64,000 nucleotides of DNA, taken from positions 96,001 through 160,000 of the forward strand of contig JBFWNW010000001.1 of NCBI GenBank assembly GCA_050250855.1, read 5' to 3'. Shown here piece after piece: positions 51,162 through 60,757 of the stretch. The translations under genes and the position numbers were made by a program. Every line of letters starts with the position of its first letter. The stretch's first letter is position 1. Under the pieces are notes generated by a model that saw only the letters and a list, made by a program, of their open reading frames with translations, had not been told where the DNA came from and searched no databases. The DNA is from Candidatus Babeliales bacterium (GTDB lineage: Bacteria; Babelota; Babeliae; Babelales; JACPOV01).

Positions 51162-53696
51162 ATGAATTTTTCATTAATAAAAAGGAAAATAATTCTACCG
51201 TTTTTTATGGTTTTGTGTGTGAATGCTTTTGCGCATAATTCCTATGAATGCCGTACAGATACAGCTTTAAAAAAGCTTATTCTGACAACCTGTAATGAGA
51301 TTCAAAAAGAAGGATTGCTGGATCAATTAGACCCTTACATTGTAACCTGTTACTATCTTCTTTGCAGTGATAAAGAAGTAGAATATGATTATTTGCTGGA
51401 TGTTGCTGCCATGATTCACCGCTCATGCGGAGGTTCTGGTTGCCCATCTATTTTAAAGCAAATTAATGATAAATTGTGTGAGATTTTAGATTTTGATTTT
51501 AACAATGTTTTTACAGCTATTGCTGGCAATACAGAAGTTGCTTGTGAAAAATTTGAGCAAACTTGGACTATTATAGCGGGCATTTCTGAAGTAATGTCTG
51601 TAACATTTGATTTTACAGATTTTTCTTCTGTATTTACAAAAATCGATGCCATAGAAGAATCATTGTGTGATAAGTTTGGGCAAACATGGACAATTTTGGC
51701 AGCAGGATGTACGCCACCAACGCCCATTAGTGCACCAACAACTATCTCAAGTCCTGGTACGTATTGCCTTACGGCTGATATTAGCGGATTAATTACTATT
51801 GCTGCTGATCGCGTAGTACTTGATTTAAATAATCATGAAATTTCTGGTGCTTCACCTAGCAATATTATTATTGCAAATCATAGTGATATTACGATTAAGA
51901 ATGGCCGTATTTCTGGAGCTGGCACGAACTGTATTGATACTGCTACGTGTGAAAACATAAAAATTTTGAATATTGAATTTTCTGATAGTCCGACTGCTCT
52001 TGCTGTTTTAACAACTACCTGCATTCAAATTGATAAGTGTACTTTCAGAGGCTTTTCAAGTGAAGCCCTTTGTTTTAATAATGTTAATAGCTCAGAGGTT
52101 TCAAACTGCAGCTTTTTTAGCAATAGCGGCACCCGATTAATATTTGTTGATACCTGCAACTGTATAAATTTTGTAAATCTTGAAATGTGCAATAATTTTT
52201 CATCAAATGAATTGATTGGTGTTGTGGGAAGCTCCTCATGTGGCTTGAATTTTTTCAATTGTTCTTTTAATGGCAATAGAACTACGACAGCAAGTCTTAC
52301 TCCTCCTAATCTAGCGGGGTTTAGTTTAACAACCTGCCGGGCTGTTATTTATAATAAATGTTGTGTTAATAGCAATATAGCGGAGCATATTTTTATAGGG
52401 CTTGTGTTTAATGATTGTAAAGATGTAATTATAAAAACGGTTGATATTAATAGTAATAGTTTACTACAAGGAGATCCAGATACTTCTCTCTCTGCTATTG
52501 CCGTTAATGATATTATTGCGCCATCTGATAGTAACAGTTTTCTTTTAGAGGATATCCAGATAAATAATAATACTACACCTCAAGATGCGAGATTAATCTT
52601 TTTTAGTGGTGTAAATAATATAAATATAAGAACAGCTACGCTTCAAAATAATATATTTAATGGAAGCTCTTCTCAAGCTATTAATTTAGGAAACGTTGAT
52701 AATTATGTTTTTGATTCTATTGCAATTTTTAATAATCGTTGTGTTGGTGGGATATTTACAGGAATTTCGCTTTCAAGTGGCAATAGGGGTATTGTAAAAA
52801 ATTGTAGTGTATCGGAAAACCTTGGAGGTTCAGATGTAGAAGGATTAGGTGCTACATCATCCCAAGATGTTCAAGTGGTCAACTGCTGTTTTAACGATAA
52901 TATTGGCAGTGATGCTTACGGTGCTCGCATCTATTCATCTAGCAACGATGTTATTCATATTCACTGTTGTTCATTGCGCAATACTGCTACTGCAGGTACT
53001 GCACGAGGATTTTTTTCAGAAGATTCACAAGAAGTTATTTTTGATTCATGTATAGCAAATGATAACGTTGGTACCGATTCTGGCCGAGGTTTTGATATTC
53101 GCTTAACGCAGACGTCATCTGTTATTAAATGTACTGCAAAACGCAATCAGGGTACTTGTGGTGAGGGTATTCATGTAGAAAATAATTGCTTTGATATCGT
53201 AGTAAAAGAATGCATTGCAATTGGTAATACTGGGACCGTAGAAGGTCAAGGTATTTCAATTCTTACTTCAACTATGAATGTAGTGCAAGGAAATACCTGC
53301 AATGATAATACAACCAATGGTATTTTATTGAATAGTACCATCAAGAATGTTGTATTAAATAATACCTGCAACAATAATGGCGGCATTGGTCTTTCATTAA
53401 TTTCAAGTACTAGTAATTTAATCAAAGCGAATTTTGCAAGTTATAATAGTGATGGCATCGTGCTTTCAAGTAGTAGTAATGCAAATTGTGTGTTTAAAAA
53501 TATTGTACAAGCAAATAATGCAACCGGTATTAGTAATACAGGTTTGGATAATGCCTTCTTTAAAAATAAAGCGCAAGATAATACAACCAATTTCAGTGGT
53601 GTAGCTGCTGCAGCAATTGGTGTTTTTTCTTTTGGTTCAGGGACGTATACCTTTGGACCGCCAAATAACTATAGTAATATTTCGGTGGTACCATAA
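51162..53696 (+). CDS. Secreted Cys-rich beta-helix protein, paralog 3
   Basis: Same architecture; 2x CxKFxQTWT. Confidence 0.85.
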   Translation: MNFSLIKRKIILPFFMVLCVNAFAHNSYECRTDTALKKLILTTCNEIQKEGLLDQLDPYIVTCYYLLCSDKEVEYDYLLDVAAMIHRSCGGSGCPSILKQINDKLCEILDFDFNNVFTAIAGNTEVACEKFEQTWTIIAGISEVMSVTFDFTDFSSVFTKIDAIEESLCDKFGQTWTILAAGCTPPTPISAPTTISSPGTYCLTADISGLITIAADRVVLDLNNHEISGASPSNIIIANHSDITIKNGRISGAGTNCIDTATCENIKILNIEFSDSPTALAVLTTTCIQIDKCTFRGFSSEALCFNNVNSSEVSNCSFFSNSGTRLIFVDTCNCINFVNLEMCNNFSSNELIGVVGSSSCGLNFFNCSFNGNRTTTASLTPPNLAGFSLTTCRAVIYNKCCVNSNIAEHIFIGLVFNDCKDVIIKTVDINSNSLLQGDPDTSLSAIAVNDIIAPSDSNSFLLEDIQINNNTTPQDARLIFFSGVNNINIRTATLQNNIFNGSSSQAINLGNVDNYVFDSIAIFNNRCVGGIFTGISLSSGNRGIVKNCSVSENLGGSDVEGLGATSSQDVQVVNCCFNDNIGSDAYGARIYSSSNDVIHIHCCSLRNTATAGTARGFFSEDSQEVIFDSCIANDNVGTDSGRGFDIRLTQTSSVIKCTAKRNQGTCGEGIHVENNCFDIVVKECIAIGNTGTVEGQGISILTSTMNVVQGNTCNDNTTNGILLNSTIKNVVLNNTCNNNGGIGLSLISSTSNLIKANFASYNSDGIVLSSSSNANCVFKNIVQANNATGISNTGLDNAFFKNKAQDNTTNFSGVAAAAIGVFSFGSGTYTFGPPNNYSNISVVP

Positions 53697-53720
53697 AAAG
53701 TAGAAAAAAAGGATGAATCA

Positions 53721-56090
53721 ATGAAGCAACGTCAAGGTAACTTGTTTTTTGTAGTGCTAAGCCTATTGAGTTTTAGCAGTCTAAAAGCAGAATTTAATAA
53801 CGAAGATTTTAGTGTTGAATTTGTGGAGCTTGCAGAATATCGCAGTGGTTGTGATAAATTAACGCCAATTTTAAATAAGGCATGCCAAATAGAAGCAACT
53901 GTTACGGTATTTGATTTTAGTGGCGTTTATACAGCAATTGAAGCAAATACAGAGCTTTTTTGTGAAAAGTTTGAGCAAACCTGGACTATTCTCGCTGCTA
54001 TTGAGCAAAATCAAGAAATTGTAGATGAAAATCAGTTTGCTCAAACTTTTACTGCTATTGTTCAAGTGACTGAAATTCTTTGTGGTAAGTTTCAGCAAAC
54101 TTGGACTATTCTTGGATGCTCTGCTCCAATACCAGTGACACAGCCAACAACTATTGCAAACTCAGGAAACTATATTGTAACGACAACGATTAATGGTGCT
54201 ATAATAATTGCAGCTGATCAGGTTTCTCTTGATTTAAACCAACATAAAATTACTGGCGCCTCTCCTGATAATATTTCAATCTCTGGCCAGAGTGATATAA
54301 CTATTTTCAATGGCACTATTCAAAATGCTACTACCAATGGTATTGATATTGCCAATTGTACAAATGTAAAAATTATTGATATTGATTTTGTATCAAATGT
54401 AACTGCTATTAATGTGCTTACTACAACCTGTTTGAAAATAGAAAACTGTACTTTTAGCGCACAAACAGGTGGTGGTATTTTTATTGATAATACCAATAGC
54501 ATCGCCATTAATTCATGCAAATTTAATATCAATTCATGTAGTACTATGCTTAGCTTGGAAGATTCGTTATGCATTAATTGTAATGACGTTGCGATATGTT
54601 TTAATGGGACGCTTTCTTCCACAATACCATTTCTTCCTATTGTTGCTCGAAGAATTAACAATGCACTTTTTAGTAATTGTAAGATTACCAGTAATAACTT
54701 TTCGTCAAATCTAGCACAAGTTTGGCGAGGTTTTACCTTTGAATCAAGCAGTAATATTGCCCTACAAAAATGCTCAATAAGTACTAATCCTGCAACCGCT
54801 GGCGGCACTAATAATTTTATTGGCATTGCTTTTGAACCTACTTGTCAAAACGTAGCCCTTGATGGGATTGATATCGTTGCCAATACCGTATCGCTTTCAT
54901 TTACTGCTATACGAGCAGACTCTTTATCAAATGCGCGACTCTATAATATTTTTATTGATTCAAATAGTGTTACTAATGGCAGTAATACCGGTTTATACTT
55001 CAATAACTGCCAAGATATTACCGGTGAGGGTTTGGTAGTAAGTTCTAATGTTGCAACAAATCAAATTACTGGCTATGAAGCTTTTGCGAGTAATAAATGT
55101 ATGCTGCGTAATGCTGAGTTTAATAATAACAGAACAACTGGCGTATTTGATTCACGAGGGATTTATTTTTCAGGATGTAATAATATTATTTTGCAAACTG
55201 TGCAAGCTCAAGATAATGCTACTACAGGGAGCACAGAAGGTATTACATTTGATAGTTGTAATCAAGTAGTGCTGAATAGTTCCATTACTAATAATAACGT
55301 TGGCAATAATAGTTCCATTGGGGTGAGAATAGTTGATGGGTGCTCCGATATTTTACTTGATAATTGTGTTTCATCTTCAAATTGCGGATTGTTAAGTAGT
55401 TCCACAACACGAGGATTTTTAGCAGAAAATAGCACTAAAATTATATTTAATTATTGTGTAGCCATGGATAATGGAGGAGCTGGGATAGTGAGAGGATTTG
55501 ATGTACGCAATACCACAACCTCATGTATTTTAAATTGTACTGCAGTAGGAGAGCTAAGTACTGCTATTGCTATTGAGCTTGATTCATGCGCTGAAATAAT
55601 CGTTCAAAATTATAGTGCCAGTTTCCTTGGATTAGGTATTAATGTAAATAATACAGCGAATGCTATCATTAAAGATAGTAATTTTATTACGGGTCCTTCT
55701 GGTAATGTAGGTATGAATCTTGTAGATTCAAATCGGATTATTATAGAGGGTAATAGCGTAAAAGGCCACTCTAGAGGCTTAGAATTTACACGCAGTAGTA
55801 CGAACACTATACAAGGCAATATATTTGATAATAATAGTTTTTCGGGAGTAAGGGTTAACACAGTAGATAGCGTTGAAAACTTTTTCTTTAAAAATATTGC
55901 TAATTTCAATACATTATCCGTAGGTTTTATTGATGCCGCTTCTAATTTAAATACTTATTTTTTAAATAAAGCACAGCAGAATGGTTCGGATTTTTCTTCA
56001 ATTGCTCCTGTTGCAATCTTTGATATGTCTACCGGTGCATTTGTCACAACAACAACCTCTCCCTTTGATAATCTTTCAATAGTTCCGTAG
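53721..56090 (+). CDS. Secreted Cys-rich beta-helix protein, paralog 4
   Basis: Same architecture; 2x CxKFxQTWT. Confidence 0.85.
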   Translation: MKQRQGNLFFVVLSLLSFSSLKAEFNNEDFSVEFVELAEYRSGCDKLTPILNKACQIEATVTVFDFSGVYTAIEANTELFCEKFEQTWTILAAIEQNQEIVDENQFAQTFTAIVQVTEILCGKFQQTWTILGCSAPIPVTQPTTIANSGNYIVTTTINGAIIIAADQVSLDLNQHKITGASPDNISISGQSDITIFNGTIQNATTNGIDIANCTNVKIIDIDFVSNVTAINVLTTTCLKIENCTFSAQTGGGIFIDNTNSIAINSCKFNINSCSTMLSLEDSLCINCNDVAICFNGTLSSTIPFLPIVARRINNALFSNCKITSNNFSSNLAQVWRGFTFESSSNIALQKCSISTNPATAGGTNNFIGIAFEPTCQNVALDGIDIVANTVSLSFTAIRADSLSNARLYNIFIDSNSVTNGSNTGLYFNNCQDITGEGLVVSSNVATNQITGYEAFASNKCMLRNAEFNNNRTTGVFDSRGIYFSGCNNIILQTVQAQDNATTGSTEGITFDSCNQVVLNSSITNNNVGNNSSIGVRIVDGCSDILLDNCVSSSNCGLLSSSTTRGFLAENSTKIIFNYCVAMDNGGAGIVRGFDVRNTTTSCILNCTAVGELSTAIAIELDSCAEIIVQNYSASFLGLGINVNNTANAIIKDSNFITGPSGNVGMNLVDSNRIIIEGNSVKGHSRGLEFTRSSTNTIQGNIFDNNSFSGVRVNTVDSVENFFFKNIANFNTLSVGFIDAASNLNTYFLNKAQQNGSDFSSIAPVAIFDMSTGAFVTTTTSPFDNLSIVP

Positions 56091-56124
56091 TTTTTTTAAG
56101 GAAGTAAAAAAAGGAAGACATACT

Positions 56125-59100
56125 ATGCAAGAAAAATGGTTAATAAAACTAAGTTTATTGATACTTTTTGTTCCCGTGATATCTTTTCATGCTGAGCAAC
56201 CTAAAAATCATATGATTTCTTTATATGATTTAGAAGTTGAAGCTGTTTTATCGCCATTGATGGCAGAATATGCTGAATTGCTTCCAATAACATATGCATA
56301 TTATAAAAATAGTGCGCAAGGGCAAACTTCTTTTTCTTCAGAAGAACTTTCTAATGTAATCTCAGAACTCTCCGATTTTATAGAAACCTATTCAACAAGA
56401 TCAGGTAGTTTGCATGGTGATCGTGGTTCACGCCCTGATGCGCCGCCATTAATAGCAAATGATGCGGTTGTTGGTAAGAGTTGTTGCGATTTAACGCAAG
56501 TTATAGCACTCCTTGGCGCATTAAAAAAACTACTTATTAAGATAGAGTTTGAGTTGTGTGAAAAGTTTGAGTTTACTTGGTCGATACTCGACAAAATAGA
56601 TATTGATATTAACGGTATATTTACCGCAATAGATGCAATACAATGTCCAACGGTTGACTTGTCTGGCATATTTACGGCCCTTGAATTTGGATTCTATGAT
56701 ACGCAGACAATATTGTGTGAAAAGTTTGAATTCACTTGGTCAGCGCTTGAGAAAATAGATATTGATGTTAACGGCATTTATACGGTGCTTGAAAATCTTA
56801 CTATAACGTTGAGTGTAGGTGAATTAACAATCAATGCAACAATAGATCTCTCTGGTGTGTTTACGGCACTTGAGTTTGGCTTCTATGATACACAAACAAT
56901 CTTGTGTGAAAAGTTTGAGTTTACTTGGTCGGCACTTGAGAAGATAGATATTGATGTTAACGGTATATTTACCGCATTGAACGATATTACGATTAATGCG
57001 ACCGTTGATGTAGATCTCTCTGGTGTGTTTACGGCACTTGAATTTGGCTTCTATGATACGCAAACAATACTGTGTGAAAAGTTTGAGTTTACTTGGTCGG
57101 CACTGGAGAAAATAGATATTGATATTAACGGGATATTTACCGCATTGAACGATATTACGATTAATGCAACCGTTGATGTAGATCTCTCTGGTGTGTTTAC
57201 GGCACTTGAGTTTGGCTTCTATGATACGCAAACAATACTGTGTGAAAAGTTTGAGTTTACTTGGTCGGCACTTGAGAAAATAGATATTGATGTTAATGGT
57301 ATATTTACCGCATTGAATGATATTACGATCAATGCGACCGTTGATGTAGATCTCTCTGGTGTATTTACTGCCCTAGAGTTCGGCTTCTATGATACGCAAA
57401 CAATACTGTGTGAAAAGTTTGAGTTTACTTGGTCGGCACTTGAGAAAATAGATATTGATGTTAATGGTATATTTACCGCATTGAATGATATTACGATCAA
57501 TGCGACCGTTGATGTAGATCTCTCTGGTGTGTTTACGGCACTTGAGTTTGGTTTCTATGATACACAAACAATACTGTGCGAAAAGTTTGAGTTTACTTGG
57601 TCGATACTCGACAAAATAGATATTGATGTTAATGGTATATTTACCGCAATAGACGCAATACAATGCCCAACGGTTGACTTGTCTGGCATATTTACCGCAC
57701 TTGAATTTGGCTTTTATGATACGCAAACAATTATCTGTGAAAAATTTGAATTCACTTGGTCAGCGCTTGAGAAAATAGATATTGATATTAACGGGATATT
57801 TACTGCATTGAACGATATTACGATTAATGCGAGCGTTGATGTAGATCTCTCTGGTGTATTTACTGCCCTAGAGTTCGGTTTCTATGATACACAAACAATC
57901 TTGTGTGAAAAGTTTGAGTTTACTTGGTCGGCACTTGAGAAAATAGATATTGATATTAACGGTATATTTACCGCAATAGATGCAATACAATGTCCAACGG
58001 TTGACTTGTCTGGCATATTTACGGCACTTGAGTTTGGTTTCTATGATACACAAACAATCTTGTGTGAAAAGTTTGAGTTTACTTGGTCGGCACTTGAGAA
58101 GATAGATATTGATATTAACGGTATATTTACCGCATTGAACGATATTACGATTAATGCGACCGTTGATGTAGATCTCTCTGGTGTGTTTACGGCCCTAGAG
58201 TTCGGCTTCTATGATACGCAAACAATACTGTGTGAAAAGTTTGAGTTTACTTGGTCGGCACTTGAGAAAATAGATATTGATGTTAATGGTATATTTACCG
58301 CATTGAATGATATTACGATCAATGCGACCGTTGATGTAGATCTCTCTGGTGTATTTACGGCCCTAGAGTTCGGCTTCTATGATACGCAAACAATACTGTG
58401 TGAAAAGTTTGAGTTTACTTGGTCGGCACTTGAGAAGATAGATATTGATATTAATGGTATATTTACCGCAATAGACGCAATACAATGCCCAACGGTTGAC
58501 TTGTCTGGCATATTTACCGCACTTGAATTTGGCTTTTATGATACGCAAACAATTATCTGTGAAAAATTTGAACAAACGTGGACTATTCTTAATGCACTAT
58601 GTAACGGTATTGAAGGGTTGCAAGCATCAATTGATGATCTATGTTGTGAAATCTTTGATGACTTTGAGCAGACGATGACTCTTCTCGTAGAAATTAAAGA
58701 CGATATCTTTGAGACGCAAACAATTCTATGTAGTAAGTTTGAGCAAACGTGGACTATTTTAGACGCAGTGTGCAATAAATTTGAGCAAACATGGACAATA
58801 CTTGCGTGCAATGTTTCAGTTCCAATTTCTGCAGCAACAACAATTAGTAATCCAGGAACGTATTGTTTGATTAATGATATTGTGGGTACTATTACCATTG
58901 CTGCTGATAGTGTAACGCTTGATTTAAATGGAAAATCGATATCTGGAGGAGCAAATGGTGTTTACTCAAGTAATCATACTGATATAACAATAAAAAATGG
59001 TCTTATTAAAAATGCTACTGAAAATGGCATTAAGTTTACCAATGTAACTGATATCTCGATATTTTCTATTAAGCTTAGAAATAATACAAAAGGCATAGCA

Positions 59101-60693
59101 CTAAATTCTGTTAAAGGTGGCTTTATTACAGAGAGTATTATGCTAGAAAATGCTACAGGCCTTGAACTGGTGCAAACATCAAAAGTTTTTGTAAAAAATT
59201 GCATAGCACAAGAAAATACGATTGTTGGTTTTTCATTAGTAGATTCAGATAATAATACGTTTAAAGAATGTACTGCAATGTGCAATGGTCTAAGTGGTAA
59301 TGATAGTGCCTATGGATTTATTTCAGATAACGGGCGTTCGAATATTTTTGAGCAGTGCAATGCGCAGGGAACAATCACAACGCAAACTACATTAGATTTC
59401 GTTGCTGCTGGTTTTGCCCTGACCGGTTCAGAAATGTGTACTAAAATTATCAGTTGTGAAAGTTTTGATAATACCACCCCTACGACCGGATTTGCAATTC
59501 CATATGGTATTTTATTAACCTATACATTCACAGTCACAGATCTGATAGTAACAGATTCAGTAACAGTAATTCCTGCAGCTACTGTTGCATCAGTTAACTG
59601 GTCACCAAATGGTAAGTTCCTAGCTATAGGAAGTTTTGGTTCCCCACAAACTCGTATCTATGCGTTTGATGGCATTAATTTGATGCAAGTTGCTACTGCG
59701 GTGCATGGAATTCTTATTCGCTCCGTTAACTGGTCACCGGATAGTAAATACCTAGCCATTGGAGGGGGTTTTAGTGGTGGTGTTCAAGTTCGCGTCTATG
59801 CTTTTAGCGGTGTGAGTTTGACGCAAGTTGCTTCTGCAGCACCAGCACTAGTAGGTTCTATTGCATCAGTTAACTGGTCACCGGATGGTAAATACCTAGC
59901 CGTTGGAGGGACTATGAGTGACATTTTCGTCTATGCCTTTGATGGGGTAAGTTTGACGCAAGTTGCTTCTGAAGCACCTGGAGCTATTGTAAACTCAGTT
60001 AACTGGTCACCTGATGGTAAATACCTAGCCATTGGAAGGAGTAGTGGTGAGATTCTCGTCTATGCCTTTGATGGGGTAAATTTGACGCAAGTTGCTACTG
60101 AAACACTTGCAGGTAGTGTAAACTCAGTTAACTGGTCACCGAATTGTAAGTTCTTAGCTACTGGACTTGATAGTGGTCCTGAGCTTCGCGTCTATGCTTT
60201 TAGCGGTGTAAGTTTGACGCAAGTTGCTACAGGACCTGTAGGAACTCCCGTTTTATCAGTTGATTGGTCACCCGATGGTAAATTCCTAATTACTGGAGGC
60301 TCTGCAGTTCGTGTCTATGCCTTTAATGGATTGGTCCTGACGCAAGTTGCTACTGCAGCAGTACCTATGGGAATGACTGTTTTCTCAGTTGATTGGTCAC
60401 CAGACGGTAGTTATATTGGCTTAGGAAAAGATGGTTCTCCAGAGGTTATTGTTTATAATGCTTTTGCATGGGAGCCGACGAGAAATATTATCAAAAATAA
60501 CCTTCTCTATTGCAATGTTGGCAATGAGTGTCCCGGTGGTGTTGGTATTTCTGGTTCGAGCCTTAAAAATTTAATTATTGGCAATACTGCCTATGAAAAT
60601 ACAGCAAACTATGAATTTGTGACGAATGTATATAAAGATGGTATTAATAATAGCCCAAGTACCTTAGAAAATGTTTCCGTTCCGCCATATTAG
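56125..60693 (+). CDS. Secreted repeat-stalk + beta-helix + 7-blade WD40-like propeller protein, paralog 5
   Basis: 12 tandem 53-63-aa repeats, beta-helix, seven SV(N/D)WSP repeats. Confidence 0.88.
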   Translation: MQEKWLIKLSLLILFVPVISFHAEQPKNHMISLYDLEVEAVLSPLMAEYAELLPITYAYYKNSAQGQTSFSSEELSNVISELSDFIETYSTRSGSLHGDRGSRPDAPPLIANDAVVGKSCCDLTQVIALLGALKKLLIKIEFELCEKFEFTWSILDKIDIDINGIFTAIDAIQCPTVDLSGIFTALEFGFYDTQTILCEKFEFTWSALEKIDIDVNGIYTVLENLTITLSVGELTINATIDLSGVFTALEFGFYDTQTILCEKFEFTWSALEKIDIDVNGIFTALNDITINATVDVDLSGVFTALEFGFYDTQTILCEKFEFTWSALEKIDIDINGIFTALNDITINATVDVDLSGVFTALEFGFYDTQTILCEKFEFTWSALEKIDIDVNGIFTALNDITINATVDVDLSGVFTALEFGFYDTQTILCEKFEFTWSALEKIDIDVNGIFTALNDITINATVDVDLSGVFTALEFGFYDTQTILCEKFEFTWSILDKIDIDVNGIFTAIDAIQCPTVDLSGIFTALEFGFYDTQTIICEKFEFTWSALEKIDIDINGIFTALNDITINASVDVDLSGVFTALEFGFYDTQTILCEKFEFTWSALEKIDIDINGIFTAIDAIQCPTVDLSGIFTALEFGFYDTQTILCEKFEFTWSALEKIDIDINGIFTALNDITINATVDVDLSGVFTALEFGFYDTQTILCEKFEFTWSALEKIDIDVNGIFTALNDITINATVDVDLSGVFTALEFGFYDTQTILCEKFEFTWSALEKIDIDINGIFTAIDAIQCPTVDLSGIFTALEFGFYDTQTIICEKFEQTWTILNALCNGIEGLQASIDDLCCEIFDDFEQTMTLLVEIKDDIFETQTILCSKFEQTWTILDAVCNKFEQTWTILACNVSVPISAATTISNPGTYCLINDIVGTITIAADSVTLDLNGKSISGGANGVYSSNHTDITIKNGLIKNATENGIKFTNVTDISIFSIKLRNNTKGIALNSVKGGFITESIMLENATGLELVQTSKVFVKNCIAQENTIVGFSLVDSDNNTFKECTAMCNGLSGNDSAYGFISDNGRSNIFEQCNAQGTITTQTTLDFVAAGFALTGSEMCTKIISCESFDNTTPTTGFAIPYGILLTYTFTVTDLIVTDSVTVIPAATVASVNWSPNGKFLAIGSFGSPQTRIYAFDGINLMQVATAVHGILIRSVNWSPDSKYLAIGGGFSGGVQVRVYAFSGVSLTQVASAAPALVGSIASVNWSPDGKYLAVGGTMSDIFVYAFDGVSLTQVASEAPGAIVNSVNWSPDGKYLAIGRSSGEILVYAFDGVNLTQVATETLAGSVNSVNWSPNCKFLATGLDSGPELRVYAFSGVSLTQVATGPVGTPVLSVDWSPDGKFLITGGSAVRVYAFNGLVLTQVATAAVPMGMTVFSVDWSPDGSYIGLGKDGSPEVIVYNAFAWEPTRNIIKNNLLYCNVGNECPGGVGISGSSLKNLIIGNTAYENTANYEFVTNVYKDGINNSPSTLENVSVPPY
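56596..58596 (+). repeat. In-frame tandem repeat array of 12 units (159/168/189 bp)
   Basis: The tg(t/c)gaaaa(g/a)tttga anchor recurs at spacings 159,189,168,168,168,168,159,168,159,168,168,159. Confidence 0.95.
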
Positions 60694-60757
60694 GTGATAT
60701 TATGAAAGTAAGTTAACTTACTTTTGTTATTTTTCTCAATGATGAAAGCTTTTGTTC

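Noticed and set aside
56557..58596. Regularly spaced repeats resembling a CRISPR array
   Set aside because: Units are multiples of 3, in frame within a 1522-aa ORF, the 'spacers' are themselves repeated, and no cas genes are present
45961..60693. Diversity-generating retroelement acting on the beta-helix genes
   Set aside because: No reverse transcriptase and no TR/VR pair with adenine-specific differences seen
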